Positions 52,864 to 62,143 of a DNA stretch of 64,000 bases are shown one piece after another; the stretch's first letter is position 1; each line of letters opens with the position of its first letter. A program made the position numbers and the translations under genes. The stretch lies in NCBI GenBank assembly GCA_963815115.1, contig CAWFFN010000012.1, positions 640,001-704,000 on the forward strand, given 5' to 3'. Below the pieces are notes generated by a model that was given only the letters and a program-made list of their open reading frames with translations, did no database searches and was not told the origin of the DNA. This DNA is from an uncultured delta proteobacterium (GTDB lineage: Bacteria; Desulfobacterota; Binatia; DP-6).

Positions 52864-53745
52864 TTACCGCGACCCTGCAACGCGCGCGCGGGAAAGCGCG
52901 GCGCCGACGGCGGCGTGGTAGCGCGCCTGCAGCGCCTGCGTGATCGGTCCCGGGCGTCCCGTTCCGACGCGACGGCCGTCGAGGCGCACGACGGGCATGA
53001 TCTCCACGGTGGAGGCGGTGAGGAAGACCTCGCCGGCGCGCCCCAGCCGCGACGCGGCCACCCGCTCCTCGCGCACCTCGAGGCCCGTGCGCCGCGCGAG
53101 CCGCATCACGAGGTCGCGCGTCACTCCGACGAGCAGATTGCCAGCCGCCGCCGGCGTGATCAGCCGGCCGCGCTCGACGAGGAACAGGTTGGCGGTCGTC
53201 GCCTCCGTCACCTCTCCCTCGGCCGTGACGTAGAGCCCTTCCTGCGCTCCGCGGCGCCGTGCCAGCAGGCGGCCGACGACGGCGCTCGCATGGCCCACGA
53301 GTTTGAGACCGCCCCAGGGTGCGGCCGCGTCGCGGGGAAAGGGCAGCAGCACCACGCCGATGCCTCGCGCCTGCTGCTCGGCCAGCGTCGGGGAGAGCGG
53401 GCGGATCGTGAGCAGCCGGGTAGGAGGCGCCGTTCGCTCGGGCACGAGGAACTCGCCCGCGGCGCCACGCGTGAGGGTGAGGCGCACGGCGGCGTCACGC
53501 AGGCCGTTGCGGGCGGCGAGCTGGCGTGCCCGGCGCTCCCAGACGGCCGCCGGGCCGGGAGGCGGAAGCCGCAGCACGCGCGCAGCGGCGGCGAGCCGGC
53601 GGACGTGCGCCGCGACCGCGAACGGCACGCCGTCGTAGGTGCGCCAGGTGTCGTAGAGCCCGTCGCCGTGCAGCAGGCCACGGTCGAGCGCCGGCACGCG
53701 CGCGTCCTCGGCGCGCAGCCAGCGCCCGTTCAGCCAGACGAGCAC
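52864..53745 (-). CDS. Aminotransferase class IV (ADC lyase/PabC-like)
   Basis: DRGLLHGDGLYDT, LK (PLP Lys), EATTANLF, LLVGVTR, EVFLTAS. Confidence 0.85.
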   Translation of the reverse strand: MLVWLNGRWLRAEDARVPALDRGLLHGDGLYDTWRTYDGVPFAVAAHVRRLAAAARVLRLPPPGPAAVWERRARQLAARNGLRDAAVRLTLTRGAAGEFLVPERTAPPTRLLTIRPLSPTLAEQQARGIGVVLLPFPRDAAAPWGGLKLVGHASAVVGRLLARRRGAQEGLYVTAEGEVTEATTANLFLVERGRLITPAAAGNLLVGVTRDLVMRLARRTGLEVREERVAASRLGRAGEVFLTASTVEIMPVVRLDGRRVGTGRPGPITQALQARYHAAVGAALSRARVAGSR

Positions 53746-55058
53746 CGCTCGAGCTCTGGCCGCAATCGTTCCCCGAGAGCGAGCCGGATCGCCGCCGTCT
53801 TGAGCCACGCCTCGGCCAGCTCGCGCTCGGGGTCGGAGTCGGCGACGATCCCCCCGCCCGCGTGCCATCGCGCCTGCTCGCCGCTGACGACCGCGGTGCG
53901 GATCGGCAGGCCGAGCTCCAGATCGCCGGCGGGGTGCACGAGCCCGAGCGCGCCGGTGTAGACCCCGCGCGGGGACGCTTCGAGCTCGGCGATGATCTCC
54001 ATGGCGCGCACCTTCGGGGCACCGGTGATGGAGCCGCCCGGGAAGACGGCGCCGAGGAGCGTGCCGAGATCGGCGCCGTCGCGCAGCGTCCCCGAGACCT
54101 CGGAGACGAGATGGTGCACCGTCGGGTGGGTCTCGAGCCGGGCGAAGCCGTCGACGACCACGCTGCCGGGAACACAGACCCGCCCCAGATCGTTGCGCTC
54201 GAGGTCGACGATCATCACGTGCTCGGCCCGCTCCTTCGGATCGCCGTGCAGCTCGGCGGCGAGCGCGGCGTCGCGTGCGCCGTCCTCGCCGCGCGGGCGT
54301 GTTCCCTTGATCGGGCGGGTGGTGACGCGGGAGCCGCGGCGGCGCAGCAGCAGCTCGGGCGAGTTGGCGACGACGACGGCGTCGCCCAGGTCGAGATAGG
54401 CCGAGTAGGGCACCGGATGGACGCGGGCCAGCCGGGTGAAGAGGGCCCACGGCGGTCCGGCCAGGGCGGCCGTGAAGGGCTGCGTCAGGTTCACCTGGTA
54501 GCAGTCGCCCGCGGCGAGGTAGGCGAGGATGCGAGCGACGGCCTCGCGGTAGCGCGCCGCGGACATGGCGGCGGCCAGCGGCGTCGCGCCGAGCGCGCGC
54601 TCGAAGTGCGGCGGCGCTTCCGAGACGCGCTCGAGCCACCGCGCCCGCGTGGCGGCGGGCCCGAGCGCCAGGACCGCGTACTGCGCCCGCCGGCGATCGT
54701 AGACGAGCAGCGGATCGTAGCGGCGCGCGACGGCGAGCATCCCGGCGCCGGCGTGCGGGATGCGCCGGGGCGCCACCTCCACGCCGAGCTCGTAGGTGAG
54801 GCACGCCACGACGCCGCCGCCGAGCGGGAACGGGAGCGCGGGGTCGGCGACGGCGGTCTCGGCGACGAAGCGCGCGAGGGTCGCGAGCGGCTCGCGGTCG
54901 CCGGCGCTCAACCTGAGCTCCGCGACCGGCCGGCACCCGATCAGCGTGACGGGATGGACCGGATCCGGCACCTCGAGCAGGACCGCGCCGGGCTCGCCCG
55001 CGAGACAGGCGAGCACGTCGAGGGGATCCCGCCGGAGCGCGAGGGGAACGAGCGGCAT
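53730..55058 (-). CDS. pabB: Aminodeoxychorismate synthase component I (TrpE/PabB family)
   Basis: GDCYQVNL, SPELLL, TRPIKGTRPR (PabB-type PIKGT), KERAEHVMIVDLERNDLG, PGGSITGAPK. Confidence 0.82.
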   Translation of the reverse strand: MPLVPLALRRDPLDVLACLAGEPGAVLLEVPDPVHPVTLIGCRPVAELRLSAGDREPLATLARFVAETAVADPALPFPLGGGVVACLTYELGVEVAPRRIPHAGAGMLAVARRYDPLLVYDRRRAQYAVLALGPAATRARWLERVSEAPPHFERALGATPLAAAMSAARYREAVARILAYLAAGDCYQVNLTQPFTAALAGPPWALFTRLARVHPVPYSAYLDLGDAVVVANSPELLLRRRGSRVTTRPIKGTRPRGEDGARDAALAAELHGDPKERAEHVMIVDLERNDLGRVCVPGSVVVDGFARLETHPTVHHLVSEVSGTLRDGADLGTLLGAVFPGGSITGAPKVRAMEIIAELEASPRGVYTGALGLVHPAGDLELGLPIRTAVVSGEQARWHAGGGIVADSDPERELAEAWLKTAAIRLALGERLRPELERCSSG

Positions 55059-55173
55059 CGGCCCACGTCTAGGGACCGGTGCGACGATGGTCAAGGCAGA
55101 GGCGCGCACGAACCGTTGCGCGCCGCGTCCGTGTCCCGTACCGTGCGAACGCTGCACGCAGGAGGAGGCCGGC

Positions 55174-55446
55174 ATGGCGACGACGGTGAAGAACAAGACG
55201 CAGAAGCCCCTGAGCGTTCCGTTGCCGCGTGGAAAGGTGCTGCATCTGGGTCCGCTCAAGACGGGGGAGATCGCGTCCGACGACGCCGAGCATGCGGGCG
55301 TGAAGGCGCTCATCGAGAGCGGCGCCATCGAGATCCTCGGCCAGGGCTCCGGGCACGCGGTGGGGGCCCACGGCGCGAGCAGGGGACGGCCGGGGGCGCC
55401 GGGACACCCCTCGTCGGCGGGCGGACGGCGTAGCGGCGACCGCTAG
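55174..55446 (+). CDS. Small hypothetical protein
   Basis: Strong RBS AGGAGGAGG; 90 aa, compact N-terminal domain plus Gly-rich tail. Confidence 0.7.
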   Translation: MATTVKNKTQKPLSVPLPRGKVLHLGPLKTGEIASDDAEHAGVKALIESGAIEILGQGSGHAVGAHGASRGRPGAPGHPSSAGGRRSGDR

Positions 55447-55449
55447 CGT

Positions 55450-56115
55450 CTACTGCCGGCAGACGCGGAAGTTCGCGTAGTCGCCTTCCGCGCTGGACCG
55501 CGTGTCGTCGCTGTCGGTGAGCACCGCGATGCCCGCCGGCTTGGGCGTCTGGCTTTCGCCGAACAGCCGCTTGTAGTCGGCGAGCGCGTCCACCCGCTCG
55601 TCGACCCACTGGCCCTTCTTGTCGGTGCCGGTGCGCAGCACCACGACCTGGGTGAGCCCGCCGTTCGACGACAGCGGCGTTCCGGCGGGAACGCGCTCGC
55701 TCCAGATGTACTTGACGGCCTTGGGGCCCCGGATGCGCGAGTAGGGAACGAGCAGGTACACCGCGAGCGCGCTGTCGTTGGCGGAGGACTGGCGTTCGTC
55801 CGCGCCGCTGGGAAACACCACGGGTCGCCAGGACCACGCCAGGATGGGGTAGGCGTCGAGATCCCACTCGTGTTGCAGGGCGGCCTGGATGCCGAGGCCC
55901 CTGGCTGCCGCGTGGAGCACGCGTTTTCCGTCCTGCTCCTGGACCGAATAGACCGCCTTGCCGGCGTCCTTCCGCATCTGCCACCCGGCGGGAAAGGCGC
56001 CCACCGGATCCTTCGTCAGGTCGGCGAGCGGCACGCAGTCGTCCCCGTGTGCTCCCGGCCCGGCGCCGGTCACCAGCGCCGCCAGCACCAGTCCTGCCAC
56101 TGCCTCGACACGCAT
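55450..56115 (-). CDS. DUF3047 family exported protein
   Basis: PILAWSW, YIWS, WVDERVD..ADY, TDSDDT. Confidence 0.82.
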   Translation of the reverse strand: MRVEAVAGLVLAALVTGAGPGAHGDDCVPLADLTKDPVGAFPAGWQMRKDAGKAVYSVQEQDGKRVLHAAARGLGIQAALQHEWDLDAYPILAWSWRPVVFPSGADERQSSANDSALAVYLLVPYSRIRGPKAVKYIWSERVPAGTPLSSNGGLTQVVVLRTGTDKKGQWVDERVDALADYKRLFGESQTPKPAGIAVLTDSDDTRSSAEGDYANFRVCRQ

Positions 56116-56212
56116 GGATCGCTTCTGCCGCGTCCCGGCGGGCCGCGCCAGCCCCACCGCGCCCTGGGACCGCGCGGCGGCCGCGGCCTCCGTGCTATAC
56201 CTGCGCGCGGAC

Positions 56213-57322
56213 ATGCCGCCTCGCACCAGCCGCGCCGTCGTCCAGACCGCTCCGCGCACGCTCGAGCTGCGCGACCTGCCGCTTCCGGAGCTCACCGACG
56301 ACACCGCGCTGCTCCGGGTCGAGGCCTGCGGCATCTGCGGCAGCGACGCCGAGCAATACACCGGCACCCTGCCGATGCGTTTCCCGCTCGTTCCCGGCCA
56401 TGAGCCGCTCGGCATCATCGAGGCCATCGGCGATCGTGCAGCCAGGCGCTGGGGCGTCGGCGTCGGCGATCGCGTCGCGGTCGAGGCGCTGATTCCCTGC
56501 GGCCACTGCGCCGCCTGCCGTGGCGGGCGCTACTCGGTGTGCCGCGGGCGCGGCACGATGTTCGGGCACGGCTACGTCCCGCTGGATCGTCCGCCCGGCC
56601 TCTGGGGCGCCTATGCCGACTACATGCACCTGGACGCGTTCTCGATCGTCCACCGCGTGCGCGCCGATCTGCCGCCGAGCATCGCCGTCCTCTTCAATCC
56701 GCTGGGCGCCGGCTTCCGCTGGGCCGTCGAGCTGCCGCGCACGGGACCCGGCGACACGGTGCTCATCCTCGGTCCTGGGCAGCGCGGCCTGGCGAGCGTC
56801 ATCGCCGCGCGCGCGGCAGGGGCGGACACGATCATCGTGACCGGACTCTCCCGCGATGCCGGCAAGCTGGCGCTGGCGCGCGAGCTCGGCGCGGACCACG
56901 TGATCGACGTGGAGCGGGAAGACGCGCGCCGGCGCGTGCGCGAGCTGACCGGCGGGCGTGGCGCCGACGTCGTGGTCGAGGTTGCCGCGGTCACGACCGA
57001 GCCGGTCGCCGAGGCCCTGCACTACGCCGCCACCAGCGCCCGCGTCGTCCTCGCCGGCGTGAAGGGCTTCAAGGCGGTCCCCGACTTCGTCAGCGACCTC
57101 GTGGTGGTGAAGGAGCTGACCCTCATCGGCGCCTTCGGCGTGACCGATCGCGGATACGAGGCAGCGATCCGTCTGATCGAGTCGGGGCGGGTGCCGCTCG
57201 AGCGCATGCACACGCACGACTTCGCGCTCGAGGAGGCGGACCGGGCGATTCGCATCCTGGCGGGCGAGGTGCCCGGCGAGCAGAGCATCCACTCGTGTCT
57301 GCTGCCGGGGAAGACGGCCTGA
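56213..57322 (+). CDS. Zn-dependent alcohol dehydrogenase (MDR)
   Basis: CGICGSD, PGHE, CGHCAAC...C, GPGQRG. Confidence 0.9.
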   Translation: MPPRTSRAVVQTAPRTLELRDLPLPELTDDTALLRVEACGICGSDAEQYTGTLPMRFPLVPGHEPLGIIEAIGDRAARRWGVGVGDRVAVEALIPCGHCAACRGGRYSVCRGRGTMFGHGYVPLDRPPGLWGAYADYMHLDAFSIVHRVRADLPPSIAVLFNPLGAGFRWAVELPRTGPGDTVLILGPGQRGLASVIAARAAGADTIIVTGLSRDAGKLALARELGADHVIDVEREDARRRVRELTGGRGADVVVEVAAVTTEPVAEALHYAATSARVVLAGVKGFKAVPDFVSDLVVVKELTLIGAFGVTDRGYEAAIRLIESGRVPLERMHTHDFALEEADRAIRILAGEVPGEQSIHSCLLPGKTA

Positions 57323-57394
57323 CGCGGCGCCCGGGGACGTCCGTTGACTCGTCCACCGGCGCCCCGCAGGGTGGGCCGCTCGAAGGGAGGAGCC

Positions 57395-57976
57395 ATGGCT
57401 CGTCGCTTGCTCGTCGTCATCCTCGTCGCGTCCGCCGCCCCCGGGCTCGCTGCCACCTGGCAGATCGATCCCGCGCACACCAGCGTCCAGTTCTCGGTGC
57501 GTCACATGATGCTCAGCAACGTGCACGGCGAGTTCTCGAAGGTCTCCGGCACCGTGGAGGGCGACGAGAAGACACCGGAGCAGGCCGTGATCGCGGCCAG
57601 CATCGATCCCGCCAGCATCGACACGCGTGAGGCGAAGCGTGACGAGCATTTGAAGAGCGCCGACTTCCTCGACGTGGCGAAGTATCCCACCATGACCTTC
57701 AAGTCGAAGAAGATCGAGGCGGCGGGAGCCGGGCAGTTCAAGGTGACCGGCGATCTCACGCTCCACGGCGTCACCAAGGAGGTGGTGCTCGACGTCTCGG
57801 ACGTCACCCCGCCGATCAAGGATCCCATGGGGAAGACCCGAGCCGGTGCGCACGCCAGCACCAAGATCGATCGCAAGGACTTCGGCATCAACTGGAGCAA
57901 GGCGATGGACGGCGGCGGGCTGGTGGTGGGCGACGAGATCGGGATCAGCGTCGACGTCGAGGCGACGACCCAGTGA
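57395..57976 (+). CDS. YceI family lipid-binding protein
   Basis: WQIDPAHTSVQF, RDEHLKSADF, GDLTLHGVTK, DRKDFG. Confidence 0.93.
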   Translation: MARRLLVVILVASAAPGLAATWQIDPAHTSVQFSVRHMMLSNVHGEFSKVSGTVEGDEKTPEQAVIAASIDPASIDTREAKRDEHLKSADFLDVAKYPTMTFKSKKIEAAGAGQFKVTGDLTLHGVTKEVVLDVSDVTPPIKDPMGKTRAGAHASTKIDRKDFGINWSKAMDGGGLVVGDEIGISVDVEATTQ

Positions 57977-59493
57977 GCGAGGACCGCGTGAGCGACGACC
58001 GTACCCCGATCCTGATCGGGGCCGGCCAGCTCACGCAGCGCGACGTCGAGCCGGCCGAGGCGCTGGAGCCCGTCGCGATGATGGAGGCGGTCGCCAGGAG
58101 CGCCGCGGACGATGCCGGGGTGGGCGCGACGACCCTCGCCCGGCTCGATGCCCTGGCGGTGGTGAACGTCTTCTGCTGGCCGTACGCCAATGCGCCCCGA
58201 TTGCTCGCCGAGCGGTTGGGCGCCCGGCCCGCGGCAGCGGTCACGACCACGGTCGGGGGCAACACGCCCCAGTGGCTGGTGAACGAGACCGCGGCCCGGA
58301 TCGCCGCCGGTCAGGTGTCGCTCGCGCTGCTCGTCGGCGCCGAGGCCGTTCGCACGGTCGTGCGGGCGCGACGCACCCGTACCACGCTGGCGTGGACCAG
58401 CGGCGGCGAGGGCACCCCGGTCGTGGTGGGCGAAGCCCGCGACGGAACCAGCGAGCACGAGGTCGCGCACGGCCTCGTCCTGCCGACGCAGATCTACCCC
58501 ATGTTCGAGAACGCGTTGCGGGCGAAGCACGGCCGGGCGCTCGACGAGCACCAGCGCGTGCTCGGCAACCTGTGCAGCGGCCTGTCGGCGGTGGCGGCGG
58601 CGAATCCCCACGCCTGGTTCCGCCAGGCCCGCACCGCCGGCGAGATCGCCACCGTGTCGCCCTCGAACCGCATGATCGGCTTCCCCTATCCCAAGCTGAT
58701 GAACGCGATCATCGAGGTCGACCAGGCGGCCGGGGTCCTGATGACGTCGGTCGCGACGGCGCGCGCGCTGGGCGTGCCGCGCGATCGCTGGGTCTACCTG
58801 TGGGGCACCGGGCAGGCGCACGATCGCTGGTTCGTTTCCGAGCGCGTCGACTACACCAGCTCGCCGGCGATTCGCGAGGCGGGACGCCAGGCGCTCGACG
58901 CGGCGGGCATCGGCATCGATCGCGTCGAGCACCTGGATCTCTACAGCTGCTTCCCGTCGGCGGTACAGATCGGTCGCGAGATGCTCGGCATCGCGCCGGA
59001 CGATCCGCGTCCGCTCACGCTCACCGGCGGCCTGCCGTACTTCGGGGGTCCGGGCAACAACTACTCGATGCACGCCATCGCCGAGGTGATGGCGCGAACA
59101 CGCGCGCGGCCGGGGTCCATCGGACTCGTGACGGCGCTCGGCTGGTATCTCACCAAGCACGCGATCGGCGTCTATGCCGCCGTGCCGAAGGACGGCGCTT
59201 TCGTGCGCGACGATCCGGCGCCGCGCCAGGCCGTGCTCGACGCGCAGCGCGCGCCGGGGCTGGCGACCGAGCCGTCGGGGGCGGCCACGATCGAGACCTA
59301 TACCGTGCTGCACGATCGGGACGGCGCACCGGTGCGGGGGCTGGTGATCGGACGGCTCGACGACGGCCGGCGCTTCCTCGCCGCGACGCCGGAGGATCGC
59401 GCGCTGCTGGAGGCCCTGGTGGCGCGCGAGGCCGTGGGCCTGCGCGGCCGGGTGGCCGCGGCGGAGGGCGCCAACCGCTTCGAGCCGCTCTGA
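57973..59493 (+). CDS. Thiolase-like protein type 1 (TLP1) with extra C-terminal domain
   Basis: VGGNTPQ (no catalytic Cys), DLYSCFP, TGGLPYFGGPGNNY, IETYTV. Confidence 0.85.
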   Translation: MSEDRVSDDRTPILIGAGQLTQRDVEPAEALEPVAMMEAVARSAADDAGVGATTLARLDALAVVNVFCWPYANAPRLLAERLGARPAAAVTTTVGGNTPQWLVNETAARIAAGQVSLALLVGAEAVRTVVRARRTRTTLAWTSGGEGTPVVVGEARDGTSEHEVAHGLVLPTQIYPMFENALRAKHGRALDEHQRVLGNLCSGLSAVAAANPHAWFRQARTAGEIATVSPSNRMIGFPYPKLMNAIIEVDQAAGVLMTSVATARALGVPRDRWVYLWGTGQAHDRWFVSERVDYTSSPAIREAGRQALDAAGIGIDRVEHLDLYSCFPSAVQIGREMLGIAPDDPRPLTLTGGLPYFGGPGNNYSMHAIAEVMARTRARPGSIGLVTALGWYLTKHAIGVYAAVPKDGAFVRDDPAPRQAVLDAQRAPGLATEPSGAATIETYTVLHDRDGAPVRGLVIGRLDDGRRFLAATPEDRALLEALVAREAVGLRGRVAAAEGANRFEPL

Positions 59494-59530
59494 GCGGCGC
59501 GAAATCGCCCGCCAAAGGGGTCAGCCTCCC

Positions 59531-59559
59531 TTGCGTCCGGGCAGGGCAGCGTCTAGCGT
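59531..59559 (+). promoter_or_regulatory. Sigma-70 promoter (leaderless) for the S1C-like gene
   Basis: TTGCGT-N17-TAGCGT, 8 nt before GTG. Confidence 0.55.
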
Positions 59560-59567
59560 GCCGTGCC

Positions 59568-60464
59568 GTGAACGCCTCCGTGAGCCTCATCGGGCGCGTG
59601 CTCCCCGCGACGGTGCACGTGCGCTCGCAGGTTCCCTCGGAGCATCCCTCGGCGCGGCTGCTCGGCACCGAGCGCATGGGATCCGGCACCATCATCGACC
59701 AGGCCGGCCTCATCCTCACGGTGAACTACGTCGTGCTCGGCGCCTCCGAGGTACGCGTCACGCTGCTCGACGGGCGCGAGTACGTGGCGGAGGTGGTGCG
59801 ACACGACTTCGGCTCCGGGCTCGGGCTGCTGCGCATTGCCGAGGGGCGCCTGCCGTTTCTGCCGCTGCGGCGCTCGTCCGAGCTGCGTCTCGGCGACGAG
59901 GTCTTCCTCGTCGCGAGCGTCGGCGAGGGCGAGGCCCGGATCTCCAACGGCGGCGTGAGCCACCTCGGTCCGTTCGACGCCAACTGGGAGTACGTCCTCG
60001 ATCGCGCCATCATGACGACGGCGATGAACCCTGGTCTCGGCGGCGGCCCGCTCCTCGACCTGCAGGCGCGCGTGATCGGCGTCGTCTCGCTCAATCTGAA
60101 CGAGATCGGCCGCTTCTCCCTCGCCATCCCGGCGGAGTACTACCTCGACGCGCGGGCGGAGTTCCTGGCCGGCGGCGCGCGCGGGATGGGAGCGCGGGCG
60201 TGGCTCGGCGTCTTCTGCTACGCGATGAACCACCACGTGGTCATCGCGGGCGTGCTGCCCGGCGGTCCGGGCGAGGCGGCCGGGCTCAAGGCGGGCGACG
60301 TCGTGCTGGCCCTCGACGGCCGCGAGGTTCCGGACCGCGCCTCGCTGTACCGCTCGCTCTGGCGCCGCCGTCCCGGCGAGCCGGTCACGTTGAAGGTCTT
60401 CCGGGGCAGCGAGGCCCGCACGGTCACGGTCGCCTCCGGCGACGTCGTGGAGTTCTTCGCGTAG
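59568..60464 (+). CDS. HtrA/S1C trypsin-fold + PDZ protein lacking the catalytic triad
   Basis: GSGTII, LTVNYVV, NPGLGGGPL, C-terminal PDZ (WLGV...AGLKAGDVV). Confidence 0.82.
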   Translation: MNASVSLIGRVLPATVHVRSQVPSEHPSARLLGTERMGSGTIIDQAGLILTVNYVVLGASEVRVTLLDGREYVAEVVRHDFGSGLGLLRIAEGRLPFLPLRRSSELRLGDEVFLVASVGEGEARISNGGVSHLGPFDANWEYVLDRAIMTTAMNPGLGGGPLLDLQARVIGVVSLNLNEIGRFSLAIPAEYYLDARAEFLAGGARGMGARAWLGVFCYAMNHHVVIAGVLPGGPGEAAGLKAGDVVLALDGREVPDRASLYRSLWRRRPGEPVTLKVFRGSEARTVTVASGDVVEFFA

Positions 60465-60487
60465 GGCCCGATCGTGTGAAGCCGACC

Positions 60488-62143
60488 ATGGCGCTCGGCG
60501 ACTTCCTGGTCGCCTACCTGCGGAAGATCGGCGTCACGCATCTCTTCGGCATTCCCGGAGACCTCGTCCTCCGACTCTTCCTGCGCTTCGGAGCGCGCCG
60601 CGGGCTGCGCGTGGTGACGCTGTCGCACGAGCCCGGCGTCGGCTTCGCCGCCGACGGCTACGCCCGCGCCACGGGCCGCATCGGCGTCGTGTGCGTCACC
60701 TACGGTGCCGGCGGTCACAACATGGTGAATCCGGTCGCCGGGTCGTTCTCGGAGCGCGTGCCCCTGCTGGTGCTGAGCGGCGGACCGGGCGACGAGGAGC
60801 GCAAGCTCGGCACCCTCATCCATCACCAGGCGAAGGAGATCGAGTCGCAGCTGCGCATCTATCGCGAGCTCACCTGTGCGGCGCGGCTGCTCGACGACGA
60901 GCGCACCGCCGCCGAGACCGTGCACGAGGTGGTGCAGGCGATCTGGCGCGAGCAGCGTCCGGGCTATCTCGAGGTGCATCGCGACATGGTCGAGCGCCGC
61001 ATCCCGGTACCGCGCGAGCTGCTCGACTGGGACGGCGCGCTCCACTTCTCGCGCTCGGACGAGTCCAACGTCGCGGAAGCGGTGCGCGACACGGCGGCAC
61101 GGTTCAACGCGGCCCGCCGGCCACTGATGACCGTGGGCATCGAGGCCTACCGCTACAAGCTCAAGCGCGACGTCGAGCGCCTGGCCGAGCGCATGGGCGC
61201 TCCGGTCGCGACGACCGTGCTCTCGAAAGGCGCCTTCGCGGAGGACCATCCGCTCTTCCTCGGCGTGCACATCGGGGCCATCTCCCCGCCGGGCATCCTC
61301 CGTCGCGTCGACCGTGCCGACCTCGTGCTCAACCTGGGGGCGATGCGCACCGACATGGATCTGGGCTCGCGGCCGCCGCAGGTGACCCGCGATCGCACGA
61401 TCTGGGCCGTCGACGGGCGGGTTCACGTGAGCTTCCACACCTATACCGACGTCCACATTCGTGACTTCGTGCGCGGCCTGCTGCGCGCCCGACTGCGACG
61501 CCATCGCGAGCGCGTGCGCTATCACGACAACCTGCCGCGGGCGTCGAGCGCGCCGGGCGACCCGCTCGAGGTGACGGGGCTGCTGCAGGAGGTGAATCGC
61601 TTCCTGCGCGATCATCCGCGACACCTCGTCGTCACCGAGTCGGGCGACATGCTCTTCGCCGGGCTCGACGTGCGCGTCGGGCGCTCCGGCGGCTACCTGG
61701 CGCAGGGGTTCTACGCCTCGATGGGCTTCGGGGTCCCGGGCGCGCTCGGGGCGCAGCTCGGCGCCGGGGTGCGGCCGCTCGTCCTGGCGGGGGATGGGGC
61801 CTTCCAGATGACCGGCCAGGAGGTCGCGCAGGCCCCGCGCTACGGCCTCAACCCGATCGTCGTCGTCATCAACAACGGCGGCTGGCAGATCTTCCGTCCG
61901 GTGGTTCGCCGCACCGAGCTCCTCGACCTGCCGCCGTGGCCCTATGCCGAGCTGGCGCGCGCGTGGGGTGGCCGTGGCTTCCGGGTGGAGAGCGCGGGCG
62001 CGCTGCGCGCCGCGCTCGCCGAGGCGGCGCGCAGCCGCGACTTCGTGCTGATCGAAGCGTGCATCGCGCCGGACGATCTCTCTCCGGTGTCGCGCAAGTA
62101 CATCCAGGCGTCGGCCCGGCACGGCCGCTGGGTGCGCGCGTGA
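60488..62143 (+). CDS. ThDP-dependent alpha-keto acid decarboxylase (indolepyruvate/phenylpyruvate decarboxylase-like)
   Basis: FGIPGD, SHEP, IHHQ, GDGAFQMTG...NNGGW. Confidence 0.88.
   Translation: MALGDFLVAYLRKIGVTHLFGIPGDLVLRLFLRFGARRGLRVVTLSHEPGVGFAADGYARATGRIGVVCVTYGAGGHNMVNPVAGSFSERVPLLVLSGGPGDEERKLGTLIHHQAKEIESQLRIYRELTCAARLLDDERTAAETVHEVVQAIWREQRPGYLEVHRDMVERRIPVPRELLDWDGALHFSRSDESNVAEAVRDTAARFNAARRPLMTVGIEAYRYKLKRDVERLAERMGAPVATTVLSKGAFAEDHPLFLGVHIGAISPPGILRRVDRADLVLNLGAMRTDMDLGSRPPQVTRDRTIWAVDGRVHVSFHTYTDVHIRDFVRGLLRARLRRHRERVRYHDNLPRASSAPGDPLEVTGLLQEVNRFLRDHPRHLVVTESGDMLFAGLDVRVGRSGGYLAQGFYASMGFGVPGALGAQLGAGVRPLVLAGDGAFQMTGQEVAQAPRYGLNPIVVVINNGGWQIFRPVVRRTELLDLPPWPYAELARAWGGRGFRVESAGALRAALAEAARSRDFVLIEACIAPDDLSPVSRKYIQASARHGRWVRA

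Noticed and set aside
52864-55058. pabB-pabC without pabA as a novel pathway
   Set aside because: Sharing a TrpG/PabA amidotransferase encoded elsewhere is common.
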